Below are positions 20,937-31,351 of a stretch of DNA of 64,000 nucleotides, piece after piece. Numbering within the stretch: the first letter of the stretch is position 1; every line of letters begins with the position of its first letter. The DNA is from Sumerlaeia bacterium. Lineage in GTDB: Bacteria; Sumerlaeota; Sumerlaeia; SLMS01; JAHLLQ01. The stretch spans positions 64,001 to 128,000 of the forward strand of contig JAVJSW010000012.1 in assembly GCA_040219255.1 (NCBI GenBank), read 5' to 3'. The notes beneath the pieces are model-generated. The model was not told where the DNA came from. It was given only the letters and a program-made list of their open reading frames with translations, and ran no database searches. The position numbers and the translations under genes are program-made.

Positions 20937-23900
20937 TCAGTCTTCCGCCGCGGGTTCGCCGTGGCCGACCGCTTCCAGCGCCGCCTTGAGCAACGCCGCC
21001 TGCGCGCCGACGGGCTGCACGGTTTCCAGCGGGAAACCGAACAGCACGACCCGGTCGCCAGCCGCCGCCGCGACGCGGTTCGTGTCCGCGTAGGTCAGCG
21101 CCGCCTGCAACTGGCCCTCGACGGGTTCCAGACTTTCCGGCGATTCCACTTCGTAGATGGTCGGCAACATGTTGACCGGCTGCTCGAGATCGCGGCCAAA
21201 GCGGAACGGCGCGATGGGTTCGAACGCCGCCGCGCCGCCCTCGGCGGGGACCGCCGTGTTGATCCGGGTGGCATCGCGGCCGTAGCCGCCGAGCCCAAGC
21301 TGCTCCCGGGCAAAGGCCGCGCTGGCCTCGTCCGCAGCGACGCCGTCGAACAGGTCCTCTCCGATGTAGGCGCCGCTCAGGATCAGGTTGCCGCCGCCGC
21401 GCAGGAACTTCGTCAGCAGCTTGCGGCTTGCCGATGGCAGGACCTCGTAGCGCGTCCCCATCCGATCCGGTGCCCCCGGCGCCGTGATGCCGGCCGGCGG
21501 AGGCGTCGCCCGCTGCTCGCCCGCGATCCAGTCGATGGTGGCGTATTCCTGCCAGGGAAAGCCGCCGTGCTTCTCATAGGCCTGGCGCGTCGCGCTGTCG
21601 AACGGCACGCCGTTGGCCGCCAGGGCCTCGCCATGATCCACCACGTGATCGAAGGTATTGCCGCGTTCGAGCCGCGCCGTCATGTCGTCACCCGAGCCGC
21701 CGATCCCCGGCGTTTCCAGGTCGTTGGCCCATTCCGATTGAGTCACGAAATCGTACTGCTCGCCCACCAGGCCGTAGTTGTAGTGATCGCCCACGCCCTG
21801 GTCCTGGCTCCGGTCGAACCCCCGGACGAACTGGGCCAGCACCGGTGTCGCGACGCTGACGCGGTCGAAGCCATCGACGATCAGCACCGGGCGGTCGCCC
21901 TTACGGTCGCTGAACATGGCTCCCACGGTGCGGCTGCGTAGGGACTCGCCGCCGGCGTTGGCGGCGGTGATCTGAAAGTACACGCTCTCGCCCGCCGGCA
22001 CATCGTCCACGATGAGGTACTGCTGCGTCGTGTAGGTCCCATTGTCGTACGCCACGCCGTCCAGGCTCCGGTAGACGACATAGCCATCGGGTGCGGCGGT
22101 CGGCTCCAGCGGGTCTTCCGTCGGATGCCAAGTCACCTGGATGCGCCCATCGTCGAGCGCCCGCGAGCGGGGGGCGTGCGGGGCCAGGGGTTGAATCACC
22201 GGCTCGTAGCCATTGGCGGCGGCCACGAAGCGCGTGATGGCCTTGTAGAGCGCCCGCGCCACGTCCTTCTGGTATTCCGGGTTCAGGCCGTATTGCTGAT
22301 CGTGGAAGTTCTGATGCGACAGCAGTTCGAGGAGCATGACCGGCACGTCGGGGCGTCGCGCCTCGCCGTAGTTGCGCTCCCAGAGTTGGCGCATTTTCCA
22401 ATCGCTCGAGTAGTGTTCGTTGATGGTGCGCTGGATTTCCTGGTGCACCGAAGCCGCCAGATCGCGGTTCAGCCATCGCGAGCGCCCGTCGCTGAAGGTG
22501 TCGCCGCCATCGTGGCCCTCTACGCGGTAGATGGACAGCGTGCCGATGATGCCGTCGTTGTTGATGCCGGCGTCGGTGTGAAAGCTCAGGTACAGTTCGA
22601 TCGGCACGCCGAGCTTCCGCAATTCGTTGGCCCACTGGGCCCGCGCCACGATGTCGCGCCAGTAGTCGGGGCCAAAGTGCTCCTGGCCGCTGAAGTCCAT
22701 CGACTGATAGTTGCGCGGCAGGCCGCTGTAATTCAAGTAGTAGAGGGCGGCCTCGGCATAGCGCGGCTGGCCGCTGATCTGGCCGCCTTCGGGCGCCACG
22801 TTGCCCATGCCGCCGCCAAACCGCACCGCGTCGGCGCTGACGGTGACGGCTTCGCCGCCCGGGTGCGAGATCACGACGGAGGCGTCCGTGCCCTGTTCGA
22901 ATTCAAAGAAGCCCAGGAACACCCAGATGCCCCCGGCGACCTGCTGGTTCACCGTCAGGCTGGTGCTGCCGCCGCGATGGTTCACGGTCACAGGGACTTC
23001 CGCGCCGCGCGACTCGTCCGCGTTCCAGCTCATGTAAACGCCATAGCGCGCCGTCCGCGGGATGTAAGGCGTGTAGGTCGCTTTGGCTTTCGGATCGCTC
23101 GTTTCGATGGACGTGCCTTCCTGGAAAGGCTCGGAGCCCTGCGGAATCACCGCCGCGCGGGGGCCGTTCCAGCCCTCGCCCGCCACCGACCAGTCGCCCG
23201 TCGCCTCGAAGTCCGAGCGCGCGCTGGTCCCGTCGTTGTCGACGATCACCTCGTTGGTGTTGTAGTCGCGCTCGCGGACGCTGAAGACGTTCGCCCCGGC
23301 GTTTTCCAGCATCGGAAGCAGGAACGGGTTGATATAAGCCAGCGGCCCCAAATCCTCGATCGTGGTGAAAAGGCGGGCGCGCTGGAACTGCCAGCGGTTT
23401 TCCTTGTGCCAAGTGATGCCGTGGCTCGGGCCGGCGACCAGGGACTTGCCGAGCAGGCCTTGCTCCGGCGCGGGGCCAGGATAATCCGCCCGGCGCACGA
23501 GCGGCGCCTCCAGCGGCTTCATGCGGCTGTCGCTTTGCGCCCGCTTCGCGATGTTCTCCGCGCTCAGCGCCAGATCGCGCAGAGCCATCTTCTCCGACTC
23601 GCGCGAGGCGTCGAACGTCACCTCGACCACCACCGGCAACCTCTGCGCGAAAAACGGTTCGAGGGCGTCCGCCAGCATCCATTCCAGTTTCCCGATTTCC
23701 TCCGGCGTCCAGACCCGCTCGCTCATCGGCTGCGACAGCACCACGGTGGCGCGCTTGCCATCGGAGGAAACCTCCAGCACCTTGGTGCGGGCCGGAAAGG
23801 GTGCCTCGTAGGGGCGCGACGTTTCCAGATATTCGCGCTGCGTTTCGCGGATCAGGGCCTGCACCGCCGCCTCGGGGGTTTTCGGGTCCTCCTGGGCGGT

Positions 23901-23978
23901 CACGCTCAGCCCGGCGCAGAAGACAATGGAGAAAATCAGAGTGAAAAACCGGCGCATGAATCGGTTCCTTTTCCGCAA
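20937..23978 (-). CDS. Secreted multidomain protein: amidase_3-like domain interrupted by a golvesin/xanthan-lyase-type beta module, plus FN3
   Basis: Signal peptide; PSHG, FQRARLFTTIED, VIVDND...ADAVRFGGG, SFHTDAG, LLELLSH; FN3-like WHPTEDPLEPTA..GYVVY. Confidence 0.8.
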   Translation of the reverse strand: MRKRNRFMRRFFTLIFSIVFCAGLSVTAQEDPKTPEAAVQALIRETQREYLETSRPYEAPFPARTKVLEVSSDGKRATVVLSQPMSERVWTPEEIGKLEWMLADALEPFFAQRLPVVVEVTFDASRESEKMALRDLALSAENIAKRAQSDSRMKPLEAPLVRRADYPGPAPEQGLLGKSLVAGPSHGITWHKENRWQFQRARLFTTIEDLGPLAYINPFLLPMLENAGANVFSVRERDYNTNEVIVDNDGTSARSDFEATGDWSVAGEGWNGPRAAVIPQGSEPFQEGTSIETSDPKAKATYTPYIPRTARYGVYMSWNADESRGAEVPVTVNHRGGSTSLTVNQQVAGGIWVFLGFFEFEQGTDASVVISHPGGEAVTVSADAVRFGGGMGNVAPEGGQISGQPRYAEAALYYLNYSGLPRNYQSMDFSGQEHFGPDYWRDIVARAQWANELRKLGVPIELYLSFHTDAGINNDGIIGTLSIYRVEGHDGGDTFSDGRSRWLNRDLAASVHQEIQRTINEHYSSDWKMRQLWERNYGEARRPDVPVMLLELLSHQNFHDQQYGLNPEYQKDVARALYKAITRFVAAANGYEPVIQPLAPHAPRSRALDDGRIQVTWHPTEDPLEPTAAPDGYVVYRSLDGVAYDNGTYTTQQYLIVDDVPAGESVYFQITAANAGGESLRSRTVGAMFSDRKGDRPVLIVDGFDRVSVATPVLAQFVRGFDRSQDQGVGDHYNYGLVGEQYDFVTQSEWANDLETPGIGGSGDDMTARLERGNTFDHVVDHGEALAANGVPFDSATRQAYEKHGGFPWQEYATIDWIAGEQRATPPPAGITAPGAPDRMGTRYEVLPSASRKLLTKFLRGGGNLILSGAYIGEDLFDGVAADEASAAFAREQLGLGGYGRDATRINTAVPAEGGAAAFEPIAPFRFGRDLEQPVNMLPTIYEVESPESLEPVEGQLQAALTYADTNRVAAAAGDRVVLFGFPLETVQPVGAQAALLKAALEAVGHGEPAAED

Positions 23979-24023
23979 AAATACAGTCTATGACAAACCC
24001 GGTCCAGCCCCGGGCGGCAAGTC

Positions 24024-27000
24024 TTAATCCGGTTCGTCCAGCCCCGGCGCCGGGCCCTCGCCCAGCAGATAGGCGATGTCCTCGAACCCGAGCCGCCGGT
24101 GGAACTGCCCTTCGTCCATCAGCCCCTCCACCAGCGAGCGTTTGTGCTCTTGCAGTTCCGCGATGCGCTCCTCAATGGTGCCCTGCGCCACCAGCCGCAG
24201 CGCCACCACAGGCTTCTGCTGCCCGATGCGGTGGGCGCGGTCGATGGCCTGGGCCTCCACCGCCGGATTCCACCACGGGTCGAAGAGGATGACGTGCGAC
24301 GCGCTCGTCAGCGTCAGCCCCGTCCCGCCGGCTTTCAGCGAAATCAGGAACACCGATGGCTTCGTCTCCGCCTCGAAGGCCTCGATCAGTTCCTGGCGAT
24401 TCTTCGTATCTCCGGTCAGCATGCGGTAAGGAATACCGGCGCGATTGAGGTGCGGTTCGAGGCGCTGGAGCATCTTCACGAACTGCGAGAACACGAGGAC
24501 CTTTTCGCCCGAATCGATCAAGTCCGCCACCAGCGACTCGAATTCCTTGACCTTGCCCGACGCCATGTCGCCCAAACCGGCCAGCGCCGGATCGCAGCAA
24601 ATCTGGCGCAACCGCGTCAGGTCCGCCAGCAACGTCATGCGCGCCTTGCCCTGGCCCGGGCCCTTGGGCGCTTTCTTCGCTGCCGCCAGGGCCTCCTTCG
24701 TCCGTTTCACCTGCGCCAGGTAGGCGCGCCGCTGGGGCGTGGTCAGTTCGCAATCGACGCGTTCCTCGATGCGCGGAGGCAATTCCGGCGCGACGCGGGT
24801 TTTCTCGCGCCGCAGCAGCACGGGCCGCAGCCGCGCCCGCAGAGCCACCCACGCCGAGTCGCTCGAATCGCCCTTCGGCAGCCGGTCCACAGGCCCCAGG
24901 TATCCCGGCACGGCAAAGGCCAGAATGGACCACAAATCCTCGAGCCGGTTCTCCACCGGCGTGCCCGTCAGCGCGAACCGGTAGTGCGCCGTCAGCGAGC
25001 GAAGAGCCTTCGCCGTGGCCGTGTTGGCGTTTTTCAACGCCTGCGCTTCGTCGGCGACGATGGCCAGGAACGGTTGCTTTTCCAGCACCGCCTGATCGCG
25101 CCGCGCGAGGGCGTAATTCATAATGACGAGGTCGTGGTTCGCCAAGTCCTTCAGCACCTCCTTGCGCCCGGCGCCGCTTTCCAGCACCACCACCTTCTTC
25201 AGCGACGGCACGAAGCGCTCGGCCTCGCGGCGCCATGCGTGGGCGACGCTCGCGGGGCAGACCACGAGCGCCGGCAGCACCGCCTTCTTCCGCTTGCCCT
25301 TGCCCGCCAGATGCGTCCTCAGCGCCGTCAGCGCCGCCAGCATCTGCAGCGTCTTGCCCAACCCCATGTCGTCCGACAGCACCGCGCCGCCGAAGGTCTG
25401 ACCAGCCCACACCAGAAAGTCGGCGCCCTCGCGCTGATAGACGCGCAGAGGGGCGTCCGTTTCCTTGGCGATGGGGGCGGCGGGAACGCCGCGGAAATTC
25501 TCCAGGCTGCTGCGCGCCGCCTTGGCCAGTTCGTTCAGCCGCACCGACCCATGGCCGTGCTTGAGCAACCCCTCGGAGCCGCGTCCGAGCATCTGCATGA
25601 TATGGACGCGGTGGTTGCTTTCCTGGGCGTCGATGCCCATTTCCGCCAGCCATTCGATTTCGCGCCGCGCCTCTTCGAGGGCGTCTCGCCGGAACACCAT
25701 CGACCCCTTGAGTACCACCAACCCGCCGGTCTGCTGCGTCAGCGCTTCCTGGATTTCCGGCGCCCGCAGCGATTTGTATTCGTCTCGCCAATCCAGGCGC
25801 ACGTCCAGCCACGTCCCCCCCAGGTTCGCCGAAACGGACGCCGACGCCGTGGGGGAAGGCGTTCCCCGCAGCGTCAACAAGTCGCGGAAGGCCTCGTTCG
25901 CCAGATGCGTCACGGTGCGCGGCCGGTCCTCCCAGACCACGGCCAAGCCGATGATGGCTTCCGTGGTGGCTTTCCACTTCCAGACGATTTCGCCCGATTC
26001 CAGCGCCTCGGGCTTGGCGCGCTCCGGGATGATACGGGTCAGCCAATCCTCCGTCGGCGCCAGATCCTTGCGCGCCGGAAAGACCGCCAGCGCCTCCCCG
26101 CCCGCATCCGCGATGACCCGGTCGTCCTCCGCCAGGTCGCTCGCGCTCGTCGGCTCCAGTTCCGCCCCCACCGGCAGCGGCCCGCTCGACGACAGCCAGG
26201 ACCAGGGCGCTGACCGCTCGAAGGACCGCGTGCCCGCGCCCTCCGCCATGGCGGAGACCAGGAAATGCCCGCCAAGCAACCGGTAATGAATTTGGGTGCG
26301 CACCGGCACCTCGCGCAGGAGCGCGCCGTTGGACCCCGCCGCCTCGCCCCGCGCCGCCTCGGGCAGGAGGCGCCGCACCAGGACTTCGCCGAGGCCGCTC
26401 TGGCGCAAGGCCGCCAGACTCGTTTCGCCGGCTGCGCTCAGGGCCGCCAGAATCCGGCGCGGCATTCCCCCCGTGAAGATCGGCCGCAGCGTCGCCCCAT
26501 CCCGCCAGAACGCCCGCCCGCCGCCATCGAGCACCAACCGATCCGGGTCCAGCGGCTCCGGATCCTCGCGCCCCGGCAGGCGCACAACCCATTGAAACCC
26601 CGAGCCCTCGGTGCCCACCAGGCTCAAGTTCGCCTCCTCCGACTCGAACACCAACGGTTCGCTCAGGTCCTCCCAGAGGGCGGCCGCATCGCCAGACCAT
26701 CGGGAAAACCAATGGATCGCCTCCTCCAGAGGCCACAGATCCTCGCGGCGCATGAAGGTGGTGTTGAGCGCCTCGGCGTCCCGCACCGCCCAGGCGAGCA
26801 GCGCCCGGCTTTGCCGATCGAGCTCCCGCGTTCCCCCCGCTACTTCCTTCTGCAAGCGCAGAATCGCGTCCGGCTTGCGGGGTGAGGCCACCAACGTGCC
26901 AGAGGTCAGCAGCAACTGCACGTTCATGTCCCACAGACCGTCGGCGTCCGCCTCTGGCACCCAGCGCAATTCCAGCTTGCCCAGCGGCGCCCCCGGGCCG

Positions 27001-27884
27001 TCGCCGGCGCGCTGCGTGGTCAGCCAGTCGGTCAGCGCGCGCTCGCTTTCCTGGCGCGCGAAGTCGCGGAAAAGGGAGTGGGCCTCGGGCGAAGCCAGGA
27101 ATTGGCGCAAATCCTCGCACCCTTCGCCGGTTCTGCCGTACCCATGGCCGAGAGGCTCGGTCAACTGAACGAACTGCCTCAGGGCTTGGATTGGGTTGGC
27201 GATCGCCGTCAGCGACCGAATCTTCCAGTACGATCCCCAATGCCGGTTCGACTGGCCGACTGTCCGGCGAAAGCCCTTGTCGATCCACCGCTCCCGCTGG
27301 GCCGGTGTCTTCGCCCTCAGATAAGTCCGCCACCACGGCTCCGCCTCGTCCTCCCGCGCCGACTCGCCCGCTTCGATCACCAGCCGGTGGCAACCCTGAT
27401 ACGGCGAAATGGGCGGTGTCGATTTGCCCAGCAGCCACGCCCCGGGAAGCAAATCGTCGAACCTTTGCAGCCCATCGCATCCCCGCGCCAGAGCGTAGCC
27501 GATCACCCCCAGCGCCACCGCGTAGGTGTGTTTGCAATCGAAGGCCACGGGGCAGTCGCATTGCGTTTCGATCCCTTCCGCGCGGGTCAGGATCAACCGC
27601 GTCCGATAGGGCCGCGTGGCCGATCCGTCCACCGATGCGGTGATTTCATCGGGCAACGCGTCCGCCCGCAGGACCCGCCCTTCCAGAGCGTACTTGCGCC
27701 CCCTCTGGGCCGCGCCGGAACCGTCGAGCAAATCCAGGAATTCGAACAGTTGATCGCCCCAGGCGGGATCGAAGATCAGCTCGGACCCGGAAACGGGCCT
27801 GTTCTTGCGGTCGGTTTTTCGGCTCGGAGACAAACAGCCCGGCCCCCCTCGAAAAGATTGCATCCCCAAGGACACTCCCATCAT
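24024..27884 (-). CDS. SWIM zinc-finger SNF2-family helicase
   Basis: CDCPVAFDCKH (SWIM), DDMGLGKT, DEAQ, LTGTPVEN, SLKAGGTGLTL, QAIDRAHRIGQ; start approximate; the track's upstream extension is antisense to dprA. Confidence 0.92.
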   Translation of the reverse strand: MMGVSLGMQSFRGGPGCLSPSRKTDRKNRPVSGSELIFDPAWGDQLFEFLDLLDGSGAAQRGRKYALEGRVLRADALPDEITASVDGSATRPYRTRLILTRAEGIETQCDCPVAFDCKHTYAVALGVIGYALARGCDGLQRFDDLLPGAWLLGKSTPPISPYQGCHRLVIEAGESAREDEAEPWWRTYLRAKTPAQRERWIDKGFRRTVGQSNRHWGSYWKIRSLTAIANPIQALRQFVQLTEPLGHGYGRTGEGCEDLRQFLASPEAHSLFRDFARQESERALTDWLTTQRAGDGPGAPLGKLELRWVPEADADGLWDMNVQLLLTSGTLVASPRKPDAILRLQKEVAGGTRELDRQSRALLAWAVRDAEALNTTFMRREDLWPLEEAIHWFSRWSGDAAALWEDLSEPLVFESEEANLSLVGTEGSGFQWVVRLPGREDPEPLDPDRLVLDGGGRAFWRDGATLRPIFTGGMPRRILAALSAAGETSLAALRQSGLGEVLVRRLLPEAARGEAAGSNGALLREVPVRTQIHYRLLGGHFLVSAMAEGAGTRSFERSAPWSWLSSSGPLPVGAELEPTSASDLAEDDRVIADAGGEALAVFPARKDLAPTEDWLTRIIPERAKPEALESGEIVWKWKATTEAIIGLAVVWEDRPRTVTHLANEAFRDLLTLRGTPSPTASASVSANLGGTWLDVRLDWRDEYKSLRAPEIQEALTQQTGGLVVLKGSMVFRRDALEEARREIEWLAEMGIDAQESNHRVHIMQMLGRGSEGLLKHGHGSVRLNELAKAARSSLENFRGVPAAPIAKETDAPLRVYQREGADFLVWAGQTFGGAVLSDDMGLGKTLQMLAALTALRTHLAGKGKRKKAVLPALVVCPASVAHAWRREAERFVPSLKKVVVLESGAGRKEVLKDLANHDLVIMNYALARRDQAVLEKQPFLAIVADEAQALKNANTATAKALRSLTAHYRFALTGTPVENRLEDLWSILAFAVPGYLGPVDRLPKGDSSDSAWVALRARLRPVLLRREKTRVAPELPPRIEERVDCELTTPQRRAYLAQVKRTKEALAAAKKAPKGPGQGKARMTLLADLTRLRQICCDPALAGLGDMASGKVKEFESLVADLIDSGEKVLVFSQFVKMLQRLEPHLNRAGIPYRMLTGDTKNRQELIEAFEAETKPSVFLISLKAGGTGLTLTSASHVILFDPWWNPAVEAQAIDRAHRIGQQKPVVALRLVAQGTIEERIAELQEHKRSLVEGLMDEGQFHRRLGFEDIAYLLGEGPAPGLDEPD

Positions 27885-27920
27885 GTTACGCCTAAATTTC
27901 GTGTGCGCAAGGGAGCAATT

Positions 27921-28673
27921 GTGCGGCTCAGAGGAGTAACCATCACCGGACTGGAAGGCAAGCCCGAGGCGATTCTCTCCGCCGCCTTGGGCGAAGCATC
28001 TCTGCCCGGGCCGCTCCGCGTCTGGGGCAATCCGGAAATCCTCCTCGCGCCCCGCGCCGCCATCGCCGGCAGCCGCCAGGCCAGCCCCCGCTCCCTCGCC
28101 GCCATCGAAGGTCTCGCCGTCGCCCTCGCCCAGCGCGGCCTTTGCCTGGTCAGCGGCGGCGCCCACGGCACCGATTGCGCCGCCCACGCGGCCTGCCTCG
28201 GCGCCGGGGGCCGCACCGTCGTGGTGCTGCCTTGCGCCCTCGAGGACATCGACCTCGCCACCTGGCGCCCGAGGCTGGCGGGGCTGTGGAACGAGGAGCG
28301 GACGCTGTTCGTTTCGCCCTTCGCGCCCGGGTACCGCCCGACGCGCTCCAGCCCGGTCCTGCGCAATCGGCTGATTGCCTCCCTGGCGCAGGCCGCCGTC
28401 GCGGGCGAGACGGGATTGCAGGGCGGCACCAACCACTTTCTGACCTTCGCCCACGAGCGCCGGCTGCCGATTTTTCTCCTCGATGTGTACGGCGAAGACC
28501 CCGCCATGGCGCAGGCCCTCGCGCTGTTTCGCCAGCAGGGCGCCCGCACGTTCACGCCGGACGACGCCTTTTCCGGCGGGTTCGCCGACCATATCGCCCG
28601 CGCCGCCACCGTCTGGCGCCCGGCCCCGAGGCCCGGCGGCCAATTGGCTCTCTTTGGCGAGGACGCGCCATGA
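27921..28673 (+). CDS. dprA: DprA/Smf DNA-processing protein (Rossmann-fold core only)
   Basis: AIAGSR, LVSGGAHGTDCAAH, RNRLIASL, GGT; GTG start after AAGGGAG. Confidence 0.85.
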   Translation: MRLRGVTITGLEGKPEAILSAALGEASLPGPLRVWGNPEILLAPRAAIAGSRQASPRSLAAIEGLAVALAQRGLCLVSGGAHGTDCAAHAACLGAGGRTVVVLPCALEDIDLATWRPRLAGLWNEERTLFVSPFAPGYRPTRSSPVLRNRLIASLAQAAVAGETGLQGGTNHFLTFAHERRLPIFLLDVYGEDPAMAQALALFRQQGARTFTPDDAFSGGFADHIARAATVWRPAPRPGGQLALFGEDAP

Positions 28674-30964
28674 CATCCGCCTCCCGCTTTGCCCGCGTCG
28701 CCCTCAATCGCCCCATGCCGCCCTATACCTACGCGGTGCCGGAGTTCCTCGCCGGGAAGATCGCCCCCGGCGGACTTGTGAAGGTGCCCCTCGGAAAGAA
28801 AGCCGAAGTCGGTTTCGTGGTCGAAATGACCGATCACGACGAAGGCCTCGGGAAGAAGGTGAAAGCCATCGCCGACGTGGCGTCGCCGGAATACGCGATG
28901 ACGCCGGAGTTGATGGCGCTGGCGCAATTTGTCGCCTCGTATTACTTTTGTAGCATCGGCGAAGCCCTTGCCACCGTGTCCGTCGTGGGCTTTCGCGATG
29001 TGCAGACCCAGCGCGCCGCGACGTTCCGGCTGAGGCCCGATTGGGAAGCCCTCGCCCGGGGCCTGACCATGAAGCAGCGGGCGGCCTGCGAAGCCCTGGC
29101 CGTCATGGGATTCCCCGCCGCCACCCGCCCCGCCCTGGGCGAGAGCGCCGGCGTCAGCACGGCCATCATCGGCAAGCTGGGCGAGGCCGGGCTGCTGGAA
29201 GCCGCCGACCCGGATTTGCCGCCTCCCGCGCCGGTGGAAACCGCCGCCGACGCCGATCTCGCCCTCCTGCCCGATCAGCGCAAAGCCCTCGACGCCATCA
29301 CGGGCGCCATCGACGCCGGGGAGTTCGCCGCCTTTCTGCTCTTTGGCGTCACCGGCAGCGGCAAGACCGAGGTTTATCTGCAAGCCATGAAGCGCGTCCT
29401 CGAGCGCGGGGGGACGGCGCTGTGCCTGGTGCCGGAAATCAGCCTGACGCCGCAGACGCTGGCGCGCTTCGAAGCCCGCTTCGGGCCGCTGGGCGCGGAA
29501 ATCGGAGTCTTCCACAGCCAGCAGACGCGCCGCGAAAAACTCGTCCTCTACCGCCGCATCCAGGCCGGCCGCGTCCGCATCGTCATCGGGGCGCGGTCGG
29601 CGGTGTTTTCGCCCCTGCCCCGGCTCGGCCTGATCGTGGTCGATGAGGAGCACGACGGCTCCTACAAGCAGGGCGAGACGCCTCGCTATCACGCCCGCGA
29701 TATCGCCGTGCTGCGGGCCAATCGGCTCAAAATCCCCGTCGTTCTCGGCAGCGCCACGCCCAGCCTCGAGTCCTATCACAACGCGGAAATGGGCAAGTAC
29801 CGGCTGCTGACCCTGACCGAGCGCGCGTCGGGCGAAGCGCTGCCCCCGGTGCGCGTCGTGGACATGGCCGAGCAGGTCGTCGCCCAGGGCAACATGAGCC
29901 TGTTCAGCGTCGAGCTGCGCGCAGCCATCGCCGAGCGCCTCAAACGCGGCGAGCAAACGCTGCTGTTCCTGAACCGGCGCGGATTCAGCAATTTCCTCTT
30001 CTGCCCGTCCTGCAAGTGGGTCGCGCGATGCGACGACGACGACATCGCGATGACGGTGCATCGCCACGGCGGCGCGCGGAACGATGAAAACGCCGAGCTG
30101 GACCTGTTCGTGCCCGACGCCGATGTGGGCGGCAAGGCGGTGCTGAAATGCCACTTCTGTGGCGTGAAAGCCGACGCGCCCAAGGTCTGTCCCGAGTGCC
30201 AGTACGAAGAGCTGATGTCCGTCGGCAGCGGCACCCAGCGCGTCGAGCGCGAGCTGGCCACCCTCTTTCCCGACGCCCGCGTGCTGCGCCTGGACCAGGA
30301 CACGACGCGCGGCCGCCAGGCCTTTATTGACGCCTGGGAGCAGATGACGCGCGGCGACGCCGACATCATCCTCGGCACGCAGATGATCGCGAAGGGTCTG
30401 CACCTGGAAAAGGTCACCTTGGTGGGCGTGATGCTGGCCGATGTGGGGCTCTTCCAGCCCGATTTCCGCGCCGAAGAACGCACCTTCAGCGTCCTGACCC
30501 AGGTGGCTGGCCGCGCGGGCCGCAGCAGCGCCGGTCAGGTGATTCTGCAAACCTACCTGCCGCGCCACCACACGATCCGCTTCGCCTGCAACCACGACTA
30601 CACCGGCTACTACCGGGCGGCCGCGCCCAAACGCCGCCAGATCGGGTTTCCGCCCTTTGGCAAGCTGATCGCCCTGACGCTGAGCGACCCCGACCGCGAC
30701 AAGGCCTGGGCCGCGGGCAAGACCCTGGGGAACATCCTCTACCGCCTGAAATACCACACGAACGCCCGCGACGTGGTCATCAATGGCCCGCTGGTGGCGC
30801 CGATTTCGAGGCTGGCGGGGCGGTTTCGCTACCGCCTGATGCTGCGCGGAGAAAGCCCCAGCCGCGTCGCCGGGCTGCTGCGCAGCGCCCTCGCCGACCG
30901 CGAGTACAAACTCCCCGCCACCACCCGCGTCGCCATCGACGTGGACCCGATGGATTTGCTGTAG
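28670..30964 (+). CDS. priA: Primosomal protein N'
   Basis: GVTGSGKTEVY, DEEHD, LNRRGFS, Zn-finger cysteines, GTQMIAKG, QVAGRAGR, terminal DVDP. Confidence 0.97.
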   Translation: MTSASRFARVALNRPMPPYTYAVPEFLAGKIAPGGLVKVPLGKKAEVGFVVEMTDHDEGLGKKVKAIADVASPEYAMTPELMALAQFVASYYFCSIGEALATVSVVGFRDVQTQRAATFRLRPDWEALARGLTMKQRAACEALAVMGFPAATRPALGESAGVSTAIIGKLGEAGLLEAADPDLPPPAPVETAADADLALLPDQRKALDAITGAIDAGEFAAFLLFGVTGSGKTEVYLQAMKRVLERGGTALCLVPEISLTPQTLARFEARFGPLGAEIGVFHSQQTRREKLVLYRRIQAGRVRIVIGARSAVFSPLPRLGLIVVDEEHDGSYKQGETPRYHARDIAVLRANRLKIPVVLGSATPSLESYHNAEMGKYRLLTLTERASGEALPPVRVVDMAEQVVAQGNMSLFSVELRAAIAERLKRGEQTLLFLNRRGFSNFLFCPSCKWVARCDDDDIAMTVHRHGGARNDENAELDLFVPDADVGGKAVLKCHFCGVKADAPKVCPECQYEELMSVGSGTQRVERELATLFPDARVLRLDQDTTRGRQAFIDAWEQMTRGDADIILGTQMIAKGLHLEKVTLVGVMLADVGLFQPDFRAEERTFSVLTQVAGRAGRSSAGQVILQTYLPRHHTIRFACNHDYTGYYRAAAPKRRQIGFPPFGKLIALTLSDPDRDKAWAAGKTLGNILYRLKYHTNARDVVINGPLVAPISRLAGRFRYRLMLRGESPSRVAGLLRSALADREYKLPATTRVAIDVDPMDLL

Positions 30965-31054
30965 GGAAGGGGTGTGGCGGGGGATATTGAGGGATTGGGA
31001 AAGGTTCGTCATGGCGAGGCGCCTCCTGGGATTCGAGATCGAACAGGAAGGAGG

Positions 31055-31119
31055 GTCTCACAGGCCGGACGGTTTGTCCCCTCATGTGGCGCTTGTGGAG
31101 CAAGATAGACAAAATAGAC
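31055..31119. repeat. 65-bp dispersed repeat, copy A
   Basis: 53/65 identical without gaps (manual count) to 46341-46405. Confidence 0.85.
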
Positions 31120-31214
31120 TTACTGCACTTATCAGACACCAGGAGCTTACGAAGGGTAAGTTGAGGGAACGGAGGGATTGAGAGCCGCGAGATGGGCACG
31201 AATGGAGATTGTTC

Positions 31215-31343
31215 GTAGTCCCGCCTTCAGGCGGAATGGGGGGGAGGCCGAGGTAGTCAACAGCCCGCACGATGGGGGGCGAGGCAGGTGGCTGGCGCAG
31301 AAGCAAGGTGGATGTTCGGCTTGCCGCCTGAAGGCGGAACTAC
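31215..31343. repeat. Inverted pair of GTAG-type REP-like palindromes
   Basis: GTAGTCCCGCCTTCAGGCGG (31215-31234) and CCGCCTGAAGGCGGAACTAC (31324-31343), 19/20 complementary. Confidence 0.8.
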
Positions 31344-31351
31344 GAGCGGCG

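Noticed and set aside
27885-28676. Apparent 1550-aa SNF2 N-terminal extension; likewise 43665-45254 on the SMI1 ORF and 55908-56393 on the membrane protein
   Set aside because: These extensions overlap dprA, the AAA ATPase and the pilin on the opposite strand; they are ORF-caller overextensions, not fusions
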